This document shows, in pieces, positions 1 through 9,524 of a DNA stretch of 48,577 nucleotides. Position numbers and translations under genes: made by a program. The first letter of the stretch is position 1, and each line of letters starts with the position of its first letter. Below the pieces are notes generated by a model. It was not told the DNA's origin. It saw only the letters and a list, made by a program, of their open reading frames with translations, and did not search any database. Origin of the DNA: Trueperaceae bacterium (lineage in GTDB: Bacteria > Deinococcota > Deinococci > Deinococcales > Trueperaceae); assembly GCA_040905465.1 (NCBI GenBank), contig JBBDRK010000019.1, positions 3,028 to 51,604 on the forward strand, given 5' to 3'.

Positions 1-175
1 TGTCAGGAGCGAAGAAGTGTGACTGGGCGGGAGTTCACGGATCGGAAAGGATCTTACTCGGAGGGCGAAAGACCAGTGATCGGTTGACCGCGGACCAGCC
101 TATAGATCCTTTCTTTCGACTCGAAATCGTCCCCTACCTCGGCCAGATGAGATCTCCACTATTGCACTCGACACT

Positions 176-649
176 TCAGTCGAGTTCCTCTTGCGACGGA
201 ACCTCGAACTTTCGAGCCCACTCCCCGAGTTGCTGCGGCGAAATCTTGAAGGCGCCGGTCGGAAGGATCCGGTTCCTTACCACTAGTCGGCGAAATAACT
301 CGGATTCAGGCAAGTCCAGGTAGTGGAGCTGAGTCGCCGCTCCAAGTGCTCTTGCCTTATCCCGGTAGTCGTCTCTTTCGAACCTGGACCAGAAACCAAA
401 GTCCAGAATCACGTCGAAACCTAGCTCGAGTGCCCTGGCGGCGACCTCCCAAAGCAGCACCTCGATCTTGTCGTGGCGCTCATCGTGCTGCTTATGCTGG
501 GCGTCCTGGCCGAACAACCGGATATGCCAGTCGTCGGGCGTCAAGCGGAGCGCCCGCTGTTCCTTCTCCAGCCGCTTTGCAAGGGTGGTCTTCCCTGAAC
601 ATGGAAGGCCGCAAACTAGATGAAGTGTCGGCAACACAATCCCCCGCAT
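176..649 (-). CDS. AAA_33-type P-loop kinase/ATP-binding protein
   Basis: Walker A GLPCSGKTT, then PDDW and DVILDFGFWSRFER typical of this family. Start uncertain (ATG 649 chosen within ORF 176..691). Confidence 0.8.
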   Translation of the reverse strand: MRGIVLPTLHLVCGLPCSGKTTLAKRLEKEQRALRLTPDDWHIRLFGQDAQHKQHDERHDKIEVLLWEVAARALELGFDVILDFGFWSRFERDDYRDKARALGAATQLHYLDLPESELFRRLVVRNRILPTGAFKISPQQLGEWARKFEVPSQEELD

Positions 650-831
650 CCTATCGATGGCGTGTCGAAATCTGACGGCTAGTTGCGCCATTTCGGCTAG
701 AACAGATACTAGCAGCGGAGGCTCCGTTTAGCGGCGACTGACTCCGACGCACCAATGTCCGGTGGTAGTCCTCGAACCCGTGCTTCTCGAAACGCGCTCT
801 TGGTGGCCGGTCCCGCTCGTACGAGATCCCA

Positions 832-851
832 GGACGGCGCCGCAGCCGTCC
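832..851. terminator. GC-rich hairpin after the TauE gene stop
   Basis: GGACGGC...GCCGTCC inverted repeat just downstream of the minus-strand stop at 853. No clear U tract. Confidence 0.35.
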
Positions 852-852
852 G

Positions 853-1635
853 TCACCGAAAGTAGGTCATAAGACCTCGCCCCAGCAGAAGCTGTACCCC
901 GGCGAGGGTAAGCAGAACCGTCACGAAACGCGTAAACAGGCGCTCGTCGAACCCCCTTAGCAGCCTCACGCCCAACCAGGTACCGAGCCCAGCCAACGGA
1001 AGCAGCATCAGGGCAAGGGCCAGTCTCTGCGCCGAAAGTAGTCCCAGCCAGGCGTAAGGTACGAGCTTCACCAGGTTGAGTGCGAAGAAGAACCAGGCGG
1101 TGGTGCCGACGAACACGTGACGTGGCAACCGTCGAGGAAGCAGGTAGACGGTAAGCGGAGGACCCCCTGCGTGCGCGAGCGTGGATCCGAAGCCGGCCAG
1201 CGCGCCCATTAGACCGCCTAACGCTGGCGATGGGGGAGCCGCTTGCTGAAGGCGCCCGGTGAGCCGTGGCGCGATCAGCCGCCAGGTTACGAAGGCGAGT
1301 GCAAGTGCGCCCACGCCAGCCTTCAAAGCGCGGTCGTGATCGGAGAGAGCGTCGAAAGCCAACGCCGCGGCCGCGACTCCCACCAGTGAGGCCGGCAACA
1401 GCAGTGACAGGTCCCTGCCACTGGCAGAGCGACGAAAATGTCCGACAGTGAAGAAGTCGGTACCGATAAGCACCGGCAACAACAGCGCAGCCGCCTCCGA
1501 GACCGGCATTGCCAATGCCACCAACGGAGTGCCAATCACGCCGACCCCGCCGCCGAAACCCGCCTTGGCTATCCCCATGAGGAGCGCGGCGAGCGCGACC
1601 AGGATCAGGGCGTCGAGGGTGAGGCCGAAAAGCAC
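853..1635 (-). CDS. Sulfite exporter TauE/SafE family membrane protein
   Basis: Hydrophobic, about 8 TM segments. Motifs GIAKAGFGGG, STLAHAGGPP, NLVKLVPY. Confidence 0.85.
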   Translation of the reverse strand: MLFGLTLDALILVALAALLMGIAKAGFGGGVGVIGTPLVALAMPVSEAAALLLPVLIGTDFFTVGHFRRSASGRDLSLLLPASLVGVAAAALAFDALSDHDRALKAGVGALALAFVTWRLIAPRLTGRLQQAAPPSPALGGLMGALAGFGSTLAHAGGPPLTVYLLPRRLPRHVFVGTTAWFFFALNLVKLVPYAWLGLLSAQRLALALMLLPLAGLGTWLGVRLLRGFDERLFTRFVTVLLTLAGVQLLLGRGLMTYFR

Positions 1636-1746
1636 CAGCGAGGTATATCATGCTCGCCGTCGCCGTGCAGATATACTTCGTGAGTACCGTGACCGCGAGG
1701 CCGCCCCCGCATCGACAATCGAAGCCGTTCTGTTACCCTTTTGGTC

Positions 1747-2247
1747 GTGTCCCTGACATTCGACACCCGCATCGGTGCATACGGCGTAATCGTTCGGGGC
1801 GATGAAATACTGCTGGCTCATTGGAGCGGCCACGGCAGGTTCAACTGGACGCTGCCGGGTGGCGGTCTGGAGGCCGGTGAGGACGCGATAACAGCCGCCA
1901 AGCGCGAGATCCTCGAAGAAACCGGCTACCGCGTTAGCCTGGAACAGTTGCTGGGCGTGGACAGCGTTCATATACCGGCGGGCGCTCGCCTCGATCGTGC
2001 CAGCCGCCAATTGCACTCCTTCCGCGTGATCTATGGTGCACATATCCTGGGCGGGGACCTGCGGATCGAAGTCGGCGGCTCGACCGACGATGCACGCTGG
2101 TTCAGACTTCGTGACGTCCCGCAGCTCCATAGGGTAGACCTGGTCGATATCGGCATCAAGCTGTGGAGAGAAAGCGGTGCGGGCCGGAAGGTCTTGGCCA
2201 ACGGTTCAGTCGGACTGCCTCAGCGCGTTGCAGTCGAAGAGGAATAG
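1747..2247 (+). CDS. NUDIX hydrolase
   Basis: Nudix box GGGLEAGEDAITAAKREILEETG. GTG 1747 lies 7 nt after TACCCT (leaderless-type start). Confidence 0.9.
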   Translation: MSLTFDTRIGAYGVIVRGDEILLAHWSGHGRFNWTLPGGGLEAGEDAITAAKREILEETGYRVSLEQLLGVDSVHIPAGARLDRASRQLHSFRVIYGAHILGGDLRIEVGGSTDDARWFRLRDVPQLHRVDLVDIGIKLWRESGAGRKVLANGSVGLPQRVAVEEE

Positions 2248-2453
2248 TCGGCAAGAGTAGCGAGCACAACCGATTACTACTCCCCTCTTGGATCACTACT
2301 GTCTTCCCTTGGCTGTGCCATCAGTCCCGGCGAACATGTAACCGAACCCTCCCCTCGACTTGCCTGCGTCAAGCCATATTTTGTGGCCCACCAACGGGTA
2401 ACGGATCGCTGGATTGGCTAGCTTTCGGACACAGGCGAGCGAAGGGGGCGGAA

Positions 2454-2844
2454 GTGAGCGAGAACGATCTCAGGCGAAACCGGATGATGGCGCACCTTCT
2501 CGACGCGCTGGACTCAGGCAGGAACATCGGTCATTACGGCCGCCTCGTGTTCACGATCGTCGCCCGGCACTTCCTGTCGGCCGACGAACTGGTCGGTTGG
2601 TTGGTTGGCCAAGGATCCGGAGGTCGGCGAGCGCGAGGCTCACGGCATGCTTCGGCAGGTTGAAGAGCACGACTACAGTCCCCCGCGACGCGACAAGATA
2701 AGCGCCTGGCAGCAGGAGCAGGAATTCCCGATCGTCCCGGAGTCCGACGGCGTCGATGCCGGAAACGTCTACGACGACCTGAAGTTCCCTGACCGGATCT
2801 ACCGCCATATCGCCGACTATTACGAGGACAAAGCCAACCAGTAG
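2454..2844 (+). pseudogene. Small hypothetical protein split by a 4-bp (TTGG) duplication
   Basis: GTG 2454 frame (SENDLRRNRMMAHLLDALDSGRNIGHYGRLVF...VGWL) joins the 2605..2844 frame (AKDPEVG...YYEDKANQ) if one TTGG unit of (TTGG)3 at 2597-2608 is removed. Confidence 0.75.
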
Positions 2845-2924
2845 GGCCTGTAACTGAACATCCAGCCCGCGTATGCGGTATGGTCGTGGCCAGTACAGTT
2901 TAACCGAACTGCGAGAGGAGGAAC

Positions 2925-3554
2925 ATGAAGCCCCTGATCGCGGCCGCCGCGGCCACCGCCGTCTCCGTCGTCCTGGCTCAGGCTCCGGCAACCAAGACCG
3001 ACCTGGAACCCGGTCTGCTGTTCGATCTTCTCGGTTCGGGTAATGCCATCGAGTTGGAGCTTCCCGATCGCGTGCTCCAGTTGTTCGTCGTCGGGGTCCT
3101 GAACGACGAAGCCCTGCTCTCCCTGGATGTCGACCTGGCTACCAACCCTGGTTCCCGCGCAGTCGTGAGCGCTGGTGGCCTCAACGGTGTAGGTCATTGC
3201 GCAGCCATGTCGTTCGGCCGCATAGAGCTCACGCCCGCCGATGGCCGCGGCGGCTATTCCAGCACCAGCACTCACTGCCTCGACGAATCAAGTGCCTCGA
3301 GATTTCGGGGGATGCTTGTTCCGGGCCCGCTTTCCCGGGCAGGTCACGACGCGGTACTGCCGTTCGATACCTGGTTGCTGTTCGAGGGCGTGCTGGTTGA
3401 ACAGGAGGACATAGGCCCCGTCGGCGAGGAACCCGGCAAAGCCCTCCTCTACTACATCTATTTGAATAGTGGTGACCTCGTCGACATGCCCGACCGTCCC
3501 ACCTATTCGACGTGGGACGAAATAATCCAGGCGTTCGAGTCGGCCGGCGAGTAA
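2925..3554 (+). CDS. Hypothetical secreted protein
   Basis: Strong SD GAGAGGAGG. N-terminal signal peptide (VLA-Q). No recognisable domain. Confidence 0.7.
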   Translation: MKPLIAAAAATAVSVVLAQAPATKTDLEPGLLFDLLGSGNAIELELPDRVLQLFVVGVLNDEALLSLDVDLATNPGSRAVVSAGGLNGVGHCAAMSFGRIELTPADGRGGYSSTSTHCLDESSASRFRGMLVPGPLSRAGHDAVLPFDTWLLFEGVLVEQEDIGPVGEEPGKALLYYIYLNSGDLVDMPDRPTYSTWDEIIQAFESAGE

Positions 3555-3615
3555 AATGGCGGTACGCACCAATCTTTGCACAAGTTCGTCCTTGTCCGGC
3601 AGGAGGCACTATCCG

Positions 3616-3915
3616 ATGAAACTGCTTATCGCTCTCGTATCGCTCGCATCAACGATGGCGTTGGCTTCGGCCAGTGTGTCGCTGGACGGGGCGGGGGGAG
3701 CACGGCAGGTAATCGCTGCCGAAGCGGACTCGCGCGTCCGACCCCAGAACTTCGGCGCACTCGAAGACCGCACCTTCTTCATCCGGGAGGTGCAGGCTCG
3801 AGCCGGCGTTCACTACTCGATTGCCACGGTCGAGGCGGCGAGCGACCGCCACTACTTCATCGAGACGCCGTTTCAAAGAGAGTCGCGGCGCCAGTACGCA
3901 GCGCCTGCTCGCTGA
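3616..3915 (+). CDS. Small hypothetical secreted protein
   Basis: SD AGGAGG at 3601-3606, ATG 3616. Signal peptide MKLLIALVSLASTMALA. Confidence 0.65.
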   Translation: MKLLIALVSLASTMALASASVSLDGAGGARQVIAAEADSRVRPQNFGALEDRTFFIREVQARAGVHYSIATVEAASDRHYFIETPFQRESRRQYAAPAR

Positions 3916-3948
3916 GCGGGGCCGACACCGCCTCCGGCCCGGTTCGCC

Positions 3949-4923
3949 ATGGACATGACAGGGGTCAGTGCCGACACCGGCGAAGTTCTCGAGCGGCTGG
4001 TCTCGGCCAAACTGGGACAGTGCGATTCGATTCTGGAACGCTGGTACGGCCCGGCAGCGCTACGCACGCAGCTAGCCGCCTGGCTGAGCAACGAGGTCGA
4101 GCGGCTCGACAGCGAGGAGTTCTCCAATGGTTTCGCCGAACATTGCCCGGTCCTCGGGGCCACCCCAAGCGACTACCGGAACCGCTGGTTGCGCGTCCCT
4201 GGCTTCGGGTGGGCGCTCACCGGCATTCGCTTCTGGGGCCTCGACCTGAACAGGCCCTTCGTGGCGATCGTCGCCTCGACCAAACTGCCGACCGACCAGG
4301 CGGACCTGGCCTCGGCAGTCGCGAGCTTGCGGTCCGTTTACTCGTTGTTCACACCCAAGCACGTCCGGCTCTTTCTGCCGCCACGGGCTCCCCTGCAACC
4401 GGTGCGAACCGGTCAATTCTGGGAGAAGCGTTTCCTGGCAGGACGAATCGGCCGACTCCGGTCGACTCCGAAGCCCGGTGGATACGACCGGCTGACGCTC
4501 TCTGCCGCCCCTGACACGTCCTTCTACCCCCGTTACCAGAAAGCGTTCCAGGACCTGCTCGTAACCTCGCCCCAACATAGCGAGTACACGCGCCTGGAAA
4601 GCGAGGAAGACCTGGCGGAACTGACGCGGCACGGCCGGCTCTTCGAGATCTTCGCAGACGACCGGTGGGCCGGCGTCACCGCGGTTGACAGAGAATGCGA
4701 AGAGGGTCTCCTGGGCTACTGGATGGTGGAGATCATACTCGAGTCTCATGCTCGCGGACGAGGACTGGGAGCTGCGGTGCAGCGCCAACTGATCGAATGG
4801 CTCCCTTCGGCCCCGGGTGAAACGCTTTTCGGAACCATCGACAGCCGCAACCTGGCGGCGATTGCCGCCGCGAGTCGTGTGGGCCGCACCGATATAGGCG
4901 GTTACTTCTGGACGCCTGTCTGA
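3949..4923 (+). CDS. Hypothetical protein with C-terminal GNAT-like acetyltransferase fold
   Basis: C-terminal ARGRGLG acetyl-CoA-binding-like motif, followed by GTIDSRNLAA. Confidence 0.6.
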   Translation: MDMTGVSADTGEVLERLVSAKLGQCDSILERWYGPAALRTQLAAWLSNEVERLDSEEFSNGFAEHCPVLGATPSDYRNRWLRVPGFGWALTGIRFWGLDLNRPFVAIVASTKLPTDQADLASAVASLRSVYSLFTPKHVRLFLPPRAPLQPVRTGQFWEKRFLAGRIGRLRSTPKPGGYDRLTLSAAPDTSFYPRYQKAFQDLLVTSPQHSEYTRLESEEDLAELTRHGRLFEIFADDRWAGVTAVDRECEEGLLGYWMVEIILESHARGRGLGAAVQRQLIEWLPSAPGETLFGTIDSRNLAAIAAASRVGRTDIGGYFWTPV

Positions 4924-5004
4924 CCGTCGTTTTCGAGCGCCGGCCGCCGTAACCTCCGACGAAAGTAGGACGACAGTGTCGCCGCCCCCGGATATTCTCG
5001 CCTC

Positions 5005-5340
5005 ATGGACAACAACGATGAAGCCAGGCGAGAGAACCAGCAAAACACCTTCCGGGAAGAGTTCAACGTAACCGGCGACCGCGTGATCAGCACGGTCAAA
5101 GACCTGATTCGAGAGGGCAACGTCCGCCGCATTATCATCAAGAACGAAGAGGGCCGGACGCTCCTCGAACTCCCCCTTACGGTCGGGGTGGTCGGCACGA
5201 TCCTTCTGCCGGTTTGGGCTGCCCTCGGCGCCCTTGCGGCTCTCGTCGCGAACCTCACCATCGCAGTCGAACGCCGAGCGACAACGGAAACGGGAGGAAC
5301 CGAGGCAAGCGGCTCTACTACCGTTCACCCGCAAGGTTAG
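5005..5340 (+). CDS. DUF4342 domain protein
   Basis: VKDLIREGNVRRIIIK...LLELPLTVG plus a hydrophobic hairpin. TATTCT lies 6 nt before the ATG. Confidence 0.85.
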   Translation: MDNNDEARRENQQNTFREEFNVTGDRVISTVKDLIREGNVRRIIIKNEEGRTLLELPLTVGVVGTILLPVWAALGALAALVANLTIAVERRATTETGGTEASGSTTVHPQG

Positions 5341-5491
5341 TCAGCCTCTACTCATGTCTCGCCTTGCCGACTGACTCGTTCAGTTGCGTCGCGGCGGCCG
5401 AGCCGGCACTAAACTAGAACTCCGGGCCGTCCTCGAAGAAGCTCGCGTGGACCTCGCAGGCACCGCAACGAGGCAGGGCTAGGTTGTACCG

Positions 5492-6783
5492 ATGTCGCCA
5501 CTTATCCTGGTAATGATCGACGGCGTTGCCGCAGACTACCTGCAGCGGCACCGCCCGAACCTTCCGAACCTGTCCGCGCTCGCCGAAGAAGGACTGCTGG
5601 TCGAGCGACTGGCCAGCGACGTGCCGGCAACGTCACTGCCCGGCCGAACCTCGATCCTCACCGGCGCTCCGGCGAGCGAGCACGGCATCTACGGCAACAC
5701 CATCTGGGACGGCGAGTTGTTCCGCTACGCCAATCCCGATGATGTCCGCACTCCCACGCTACCGCGGCGAGCCATGGATGCCGGACTCGACGTCGCAGCT
5801 ATCGGCTTTGGCATGGTGCGCCCCGAGGACGCCACCGTATTCCGAGGGGCCTGGTGGGTCAACGAGATGCTGCAGCGTGCCCACGACGAGGAGCCGATAC
5901 GCGCCGACGAGGGCTGGCTGCGAACATCCCGATACCAGGACGCCAGCGGCAGGTTGGCGGCACTTGCCGAGACCGGGCTGGCCGGCGAAGTCCCCGACGC
6001 CTACGCCGCCGATCGGCTGCACTACCTGCTCTCCGAACCGACCGGCGACCGCAGCATGCTGCGGTGGAGCGCCGGGCTGGCCACCTCCGACACGCCACCG
6101 GATCTGCTGATCACCGAGATCCTGGCGCCCGACACGGTTCAGCACATGCCGGACAGGAGCACCCGTTCAGTCACTGGGCGATCGGTTACGCCGACGCACT
6201 GGTCGGCACTCTGGTCGACGAGTTGCGCCGCGCCGGCCGGCTCGACCAGACGACGCTGCTGATTACCAGCGACCACGGTCACGGCCTGGTGGAACGCGCG
6301 CTCTACGCCGAGCGGCTCCTGCCCGGACGCACGGTGGCTTGTGAGGGGAGAATCCTGTTAGTGGTTGTCGATGGCGCCGGCGAGGCGCGGACAGTTGTCG
6401 GGCTTCTGGCCGAGCACGGAGTCTATCCACTGGCCAGCGAGTATCTGCCCGGCGACCGTCGCTCACATCTGGCGGCGTTCGTGGCGCCCGACGGCACCGC
6501 TTTCGAACTGCGCCCGACGAGCTCGAGCGGGGATCCAGACGGTGCCCCGGGCAGCCGACCGATCCGTGGCATGAACGCCGAGAGGGCCATCAGCGGGGCA
6601 CCCAAGTACCGTTCGAGCCACGGCTTCCGCCCCGGCCATCCCGCCGATGAACGCTTCGCCATCGTCCGCGGCTCCGGAGTACCCAGGCAGACCAGGGCTC
6701 GAGCCGAAGCTGAAGACCTGGCTCCCACGGTCGCGGCGCTACTCGGCGTCGCCCATCCGGGTCCCGGAAAGTCGTGGCTGTAA
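5492..6783 (+). pseudogene. Alkaline-phosphatase superfamily (nucleotide pyrophosphatase/phosphodiesterase-type) enzyme, frameshifted near 6146
   Basis: N-half (5492 frame) has MIDG, PATSLPGRTSILTG and DTVQH. C-half (5854..6783 frame) has ITSDHG, SHG and DLAPTVAALLG. The halves join at CAC-AT-GCC (6143-6150), which is one base short. Confidence 0.8.
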
Positions 6784-7027
6784 CGCCGAACGGCGGATAG
6801 GGGCGCACGACCGACGCCGGCCCGCCTCACCGAGTACCGGTCGCTGGAGAGCAGCCGACCGGGAGCAGGAAATTCCGGTGTGTTACCTTGATTGGGTCCT
6901 GCCCTAAGGCAACGTTCTCACGAGCGGCTCCTTTCCGAGGTCTTCACTACAGACGCGATCACGTCTAACCGGGCGGGCAACTGCACGCCACGATTCGGAC
7001 ACGAGCCGCAACTCAGAAGGGAGATTT

Positions 7028-8554
7028 ATGTCGAGATTTCTGAAACGGCTGACGGTCCTCGTACTGTTTTCAATGCTCGCAGCCCCACTGTCGGCCCAGG
7101 AGGCCTCCGGCGAGCTGGTCGTGTCGCTGTCGAGCGATCCCACCTCGCTCTTCATGCCGCGCACAGCCGATCGAACCGCAGCGAACACCGCCTGGTCGCT
7201 CTACAACTCGCTGGTGTGGATAAACGACGACCTCGAGATCGTTCCCGCCCTGGCAACGAGTTGGGAGATCACCGACGACGGCACCGAATACGTGTTCGAG
7301 CTGCGTGACGACGTGACCTTCCACAACGGCGAGAAGTTCACGGCCGAATCGGTGGTTGCCACCTGGGAGACCGGCATGGACCCCAGCAACGATTACGCCA
7401 ACGCCTTCGAGGAGGCCGACTCGGTCGAGGTGATAGACGACTACACGGTCAGGATCACCACGCCGGAACCGAACGCCACCTTTCTCACGCGTCTCGCCAC
7501 CTTCTGGGGGATGGTGCCGCCCGAGTACATCCGTGAGGTCGGCATAGACGCCTTCGCTCAGGAACCGGTGGGCACGGGGCCGTTCCGCTTCGTTTCGCGC
7601 GCCGCCGGCGATCGCGTGGTGATGGAAGCGAACCCCGACTACTGGGAGGAGGGGCTGCCCAGGGTTGAGCGGCTGGTGTACCGGGTGATACCGGACGCCT
7701 CGACCCGGCTCGCGGCCATCCAGACGGGCGAGATCGACATCGCCAACCGGCTCACTTTCGACCAGGTTCGCACGCTCGAAAGCAACGACGACATAGAACT
7801 GGTGAGCTACCTGAACGACCGGGCCTACTACGTGGGCTTCAAGAACGTCGGCGCCGGCGAGGGAACTCCGCTCGAGGACCGCCGGGTACGGCAGGCGCTC
7901 AACTACGGCACCGACCGCTTCGGCATCATCGCGGCGATCTTCAGCGGCCAGGCGGAGCCGCTGGCCAGCTTCATCGTGCAGGGGAACCTCGGCTACGACG
8001 CGGAAATGATGCAGCCGTACCCGTACGATCCGGAACGCGCCATGGAACTGCTGGCGGAAGCGGGCTATCCGGACGGCTTCCAGATCGCCATGGGCTGCCC
8101 GGCCGACGGTTACGTCAACATCAACGAAGTCTGTCTGGCGCTTCAGCGCAGCCTGGCGCAAATCGGCGTCGAGGTGAACGTCGACTTCCGCACCACCAAC
8201 AGCTTCTGGAGCGAGCCGAACTACGGCGTCACCGGACCGATGTACGTTGACAGCTGGTCCTCCGAGATTGGGGAGGCGTTGCCGCGCCTGCAGGGCGCCC
8301 TGATCCCCGGCAACTACTACAACACCTGGGAAGACGAGCGCTTCGCCGACCTCATCGCCGAGATCGAGGAGACCGTCGACCGGGAAGCCCGCGCCGCTCT
8401 CTATCAGGAGATGCACGAGCTCATGACCGAGGACCCGCCGTTCATCTACCTCTACCAGCCGATGATCTTCGAAGCGACCACGAGCCGCGTGAAGGGCTAT
8501 AATCCGCGGCCGGCGGAAGAGTACTTCCTGAAGAGCGTCAGCGTAACGAACTGA
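7028..8554 (+). CDS. ABC transporter substrate-binding protein, family 5 (Opp/Dpp/Nik type)
   Basis: Signal peptide, PALATSWE..DGTEYVFELRDDVTFHNG, PVGTGPF, DRRVRQALN. SD GGGAG. Confidence 0.92.
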   Translation: MSRFLKRLTVLVLFSMLAAPLSAQEASGELVVSLSSDPTSLFMPRTADRTAANTAWSLYNSLVWINDDLEIVPALATSWEITDDGTEYVFELRDDVTFHNGEKFTAESVVATWETGMDPSNDYANAFEEADSVEVIDDYTVRITTPEPNATFLTRLATFWGMVPPEYIREVGIDAFAQEPVGTGPFRFVSRAAGDRVVMEANPDYWEEGLPRVERLVYRVIPDASTRLAAIQTGEIDIANRLTFDQVRTLESNDDIELVSYLNDRAYYVGFKNVGAGEGTPLEDRRVRQALNYGTDRFGIIAAIFSGQAEPLASFIVQGNLGYDAEMMQPYPYDPERAMELLAEAGYPDGFQIAMGCPADGYVNINEVCLALQRSLAQIGVEVNVDFRTTNSFWSEPNYGVTGPMYVDSWSSEIGEALPRLQGALIPGNYYNTWEDERFADLIAEIEETVDREARAALYQEMHELMTEDPPFIYLYQPMIFEATTSRVKGYNPRPAEEYFLKSVSVTN

Positions 8555-8562
8555 CGCAGCTC

Positions 8563-8590
8563 GGTCCGGACGGCGCTCGTCGTCCGGACC
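8563..8590 (+). terminator. Intra-operon stem-loop after the SBP gene
   Basis: GGTCCGGACGGCG-CT-CGTCGTCCGGACC between SBP and first permease. Such hairpins typically stabilise or attenuate mRNA. Confidence 0.6.
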
Positions 8591-8606
8591 TTCCTCTGTC
8601 TATCTT

Positions 8607-9524
8607 GTGATCCGGTTCCTATCGAGACGACTCGGCGAGACGCTGCTCCTTATGATCGGCGTGCTGGTGCTGGTGTTTTTCATGGTGCGCCTCACCGGTG
8701 ACCCGGTCAGCCTGATCCTGCCCGTCACCGCCCCCATCGAACAGCGCGAACAGTTCAGGGAAGCCATGGGGTTGAACCGGCCGCTGCTGACGCAGTTCAG
8801 CGACTTCATGCTGGGTGCCGCGCAGGGCGACCTGGGCCGGTCGTTGCGCCTGCGCCAGCCCAACGTCGGACTGATCCTCCAACGGCTGCCGGCCACCATC
8901 GAACTGGCGTTCGCCGCCCTGCTGTTCGCCATTGTGGTGGCCGTGCCGCTTGGCCTGGCCGGCGGGATGAACCCGGGGACGTGGATGGACGGTCTCGCCC
9001 GGGCCGTGGGCCTCGCGGGGCAGTCGGTACCGAACTACTGGCTGGGGATGCTGCTTATCGTGTTCTTCGCCGTCGAACTGCGCTGGCTACCCTCCTTCGG
9101 CCGCGACACCCTGCTGTCGCTGGTGCTGCCGGCCGTCTCGCTGGGGTTCGCCGGCATGGGACAGTTGGTGCGGCTCACCCGCTCGGCGGTGCTGGAGGTG
9201 CGCAGCTCCGACTTCATCCGCACCGCCCGCTCCAAGGGCCTGCAGCGCAGCCGGGTGTCGTCCAAGCACGTTCTGCCCAATGTCGCCATCCCCATCATCA
9301 GCGTGCTCGGCATTCAGTTCACCTACCTCCTGGGCGGATCGGTCTACATCGAGGTGGTGTTCGCCTGGCCGGGTCTCGGAACCCTGCTGGAGTCCGCCAT
9401 TCGCGACAGCGACTTCCCGCTGGTGCAGGCGGTGACCATTTTCATCTCGTTGTTCGCAATTCTCATCCACCTGCTCACCGATCTCCTCTACGGGGTGATC
9501 GACCCGCGCCTGAGGTTGTCGTGA
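8607..9524 (+). CDS. ABC permease, DppB/OppB type
   Basis: GDLGRS, RLPATIELA, EAA-like DFIRTARSKGL, IEVVFAWPGLG, DPR. Confidence 0.92.
   Translation: MIRFLSRRLGETLLLMIGVLVLVFFMVRLTGDPVSLILPVTAPIEQREQFREAMGLNRPLLTQFSDFMLGAAQGDLGRSLRLRQPNVGLILQRLPATIELAFAALLFAIVVAVPLGLAGGMNPGTWMDGLARAVGLAGQSVPNYWLGMLLIVFFAVELRWLPSFGRDTLLSLVLPAVSLGFAGMGQLVRLTRSAVLEVRSSDFIRTARSKGLQRSRVSSKHVLPNVAIPIISVLGIQFTYLLGGSVYIEVVFAWPGLGTLLESAIRDSDFPLVQAVTIFISLFAILIHLLTDLLYGVIDPRLRLS

Noticed and set aside
2297-2338. Tiny minus-strand ORF (MFAGTDGTAKGRQ) after a GGAGG
   Set aside because: Too short, with no further support. It cannot be distinguished from chance.
6888-6908. Possible BetI operator (TTGATTGG...) upstream of the SBP gene
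   Set aside because: Only a half-site resemblance with no dyad symmetry, and no betI in the window.
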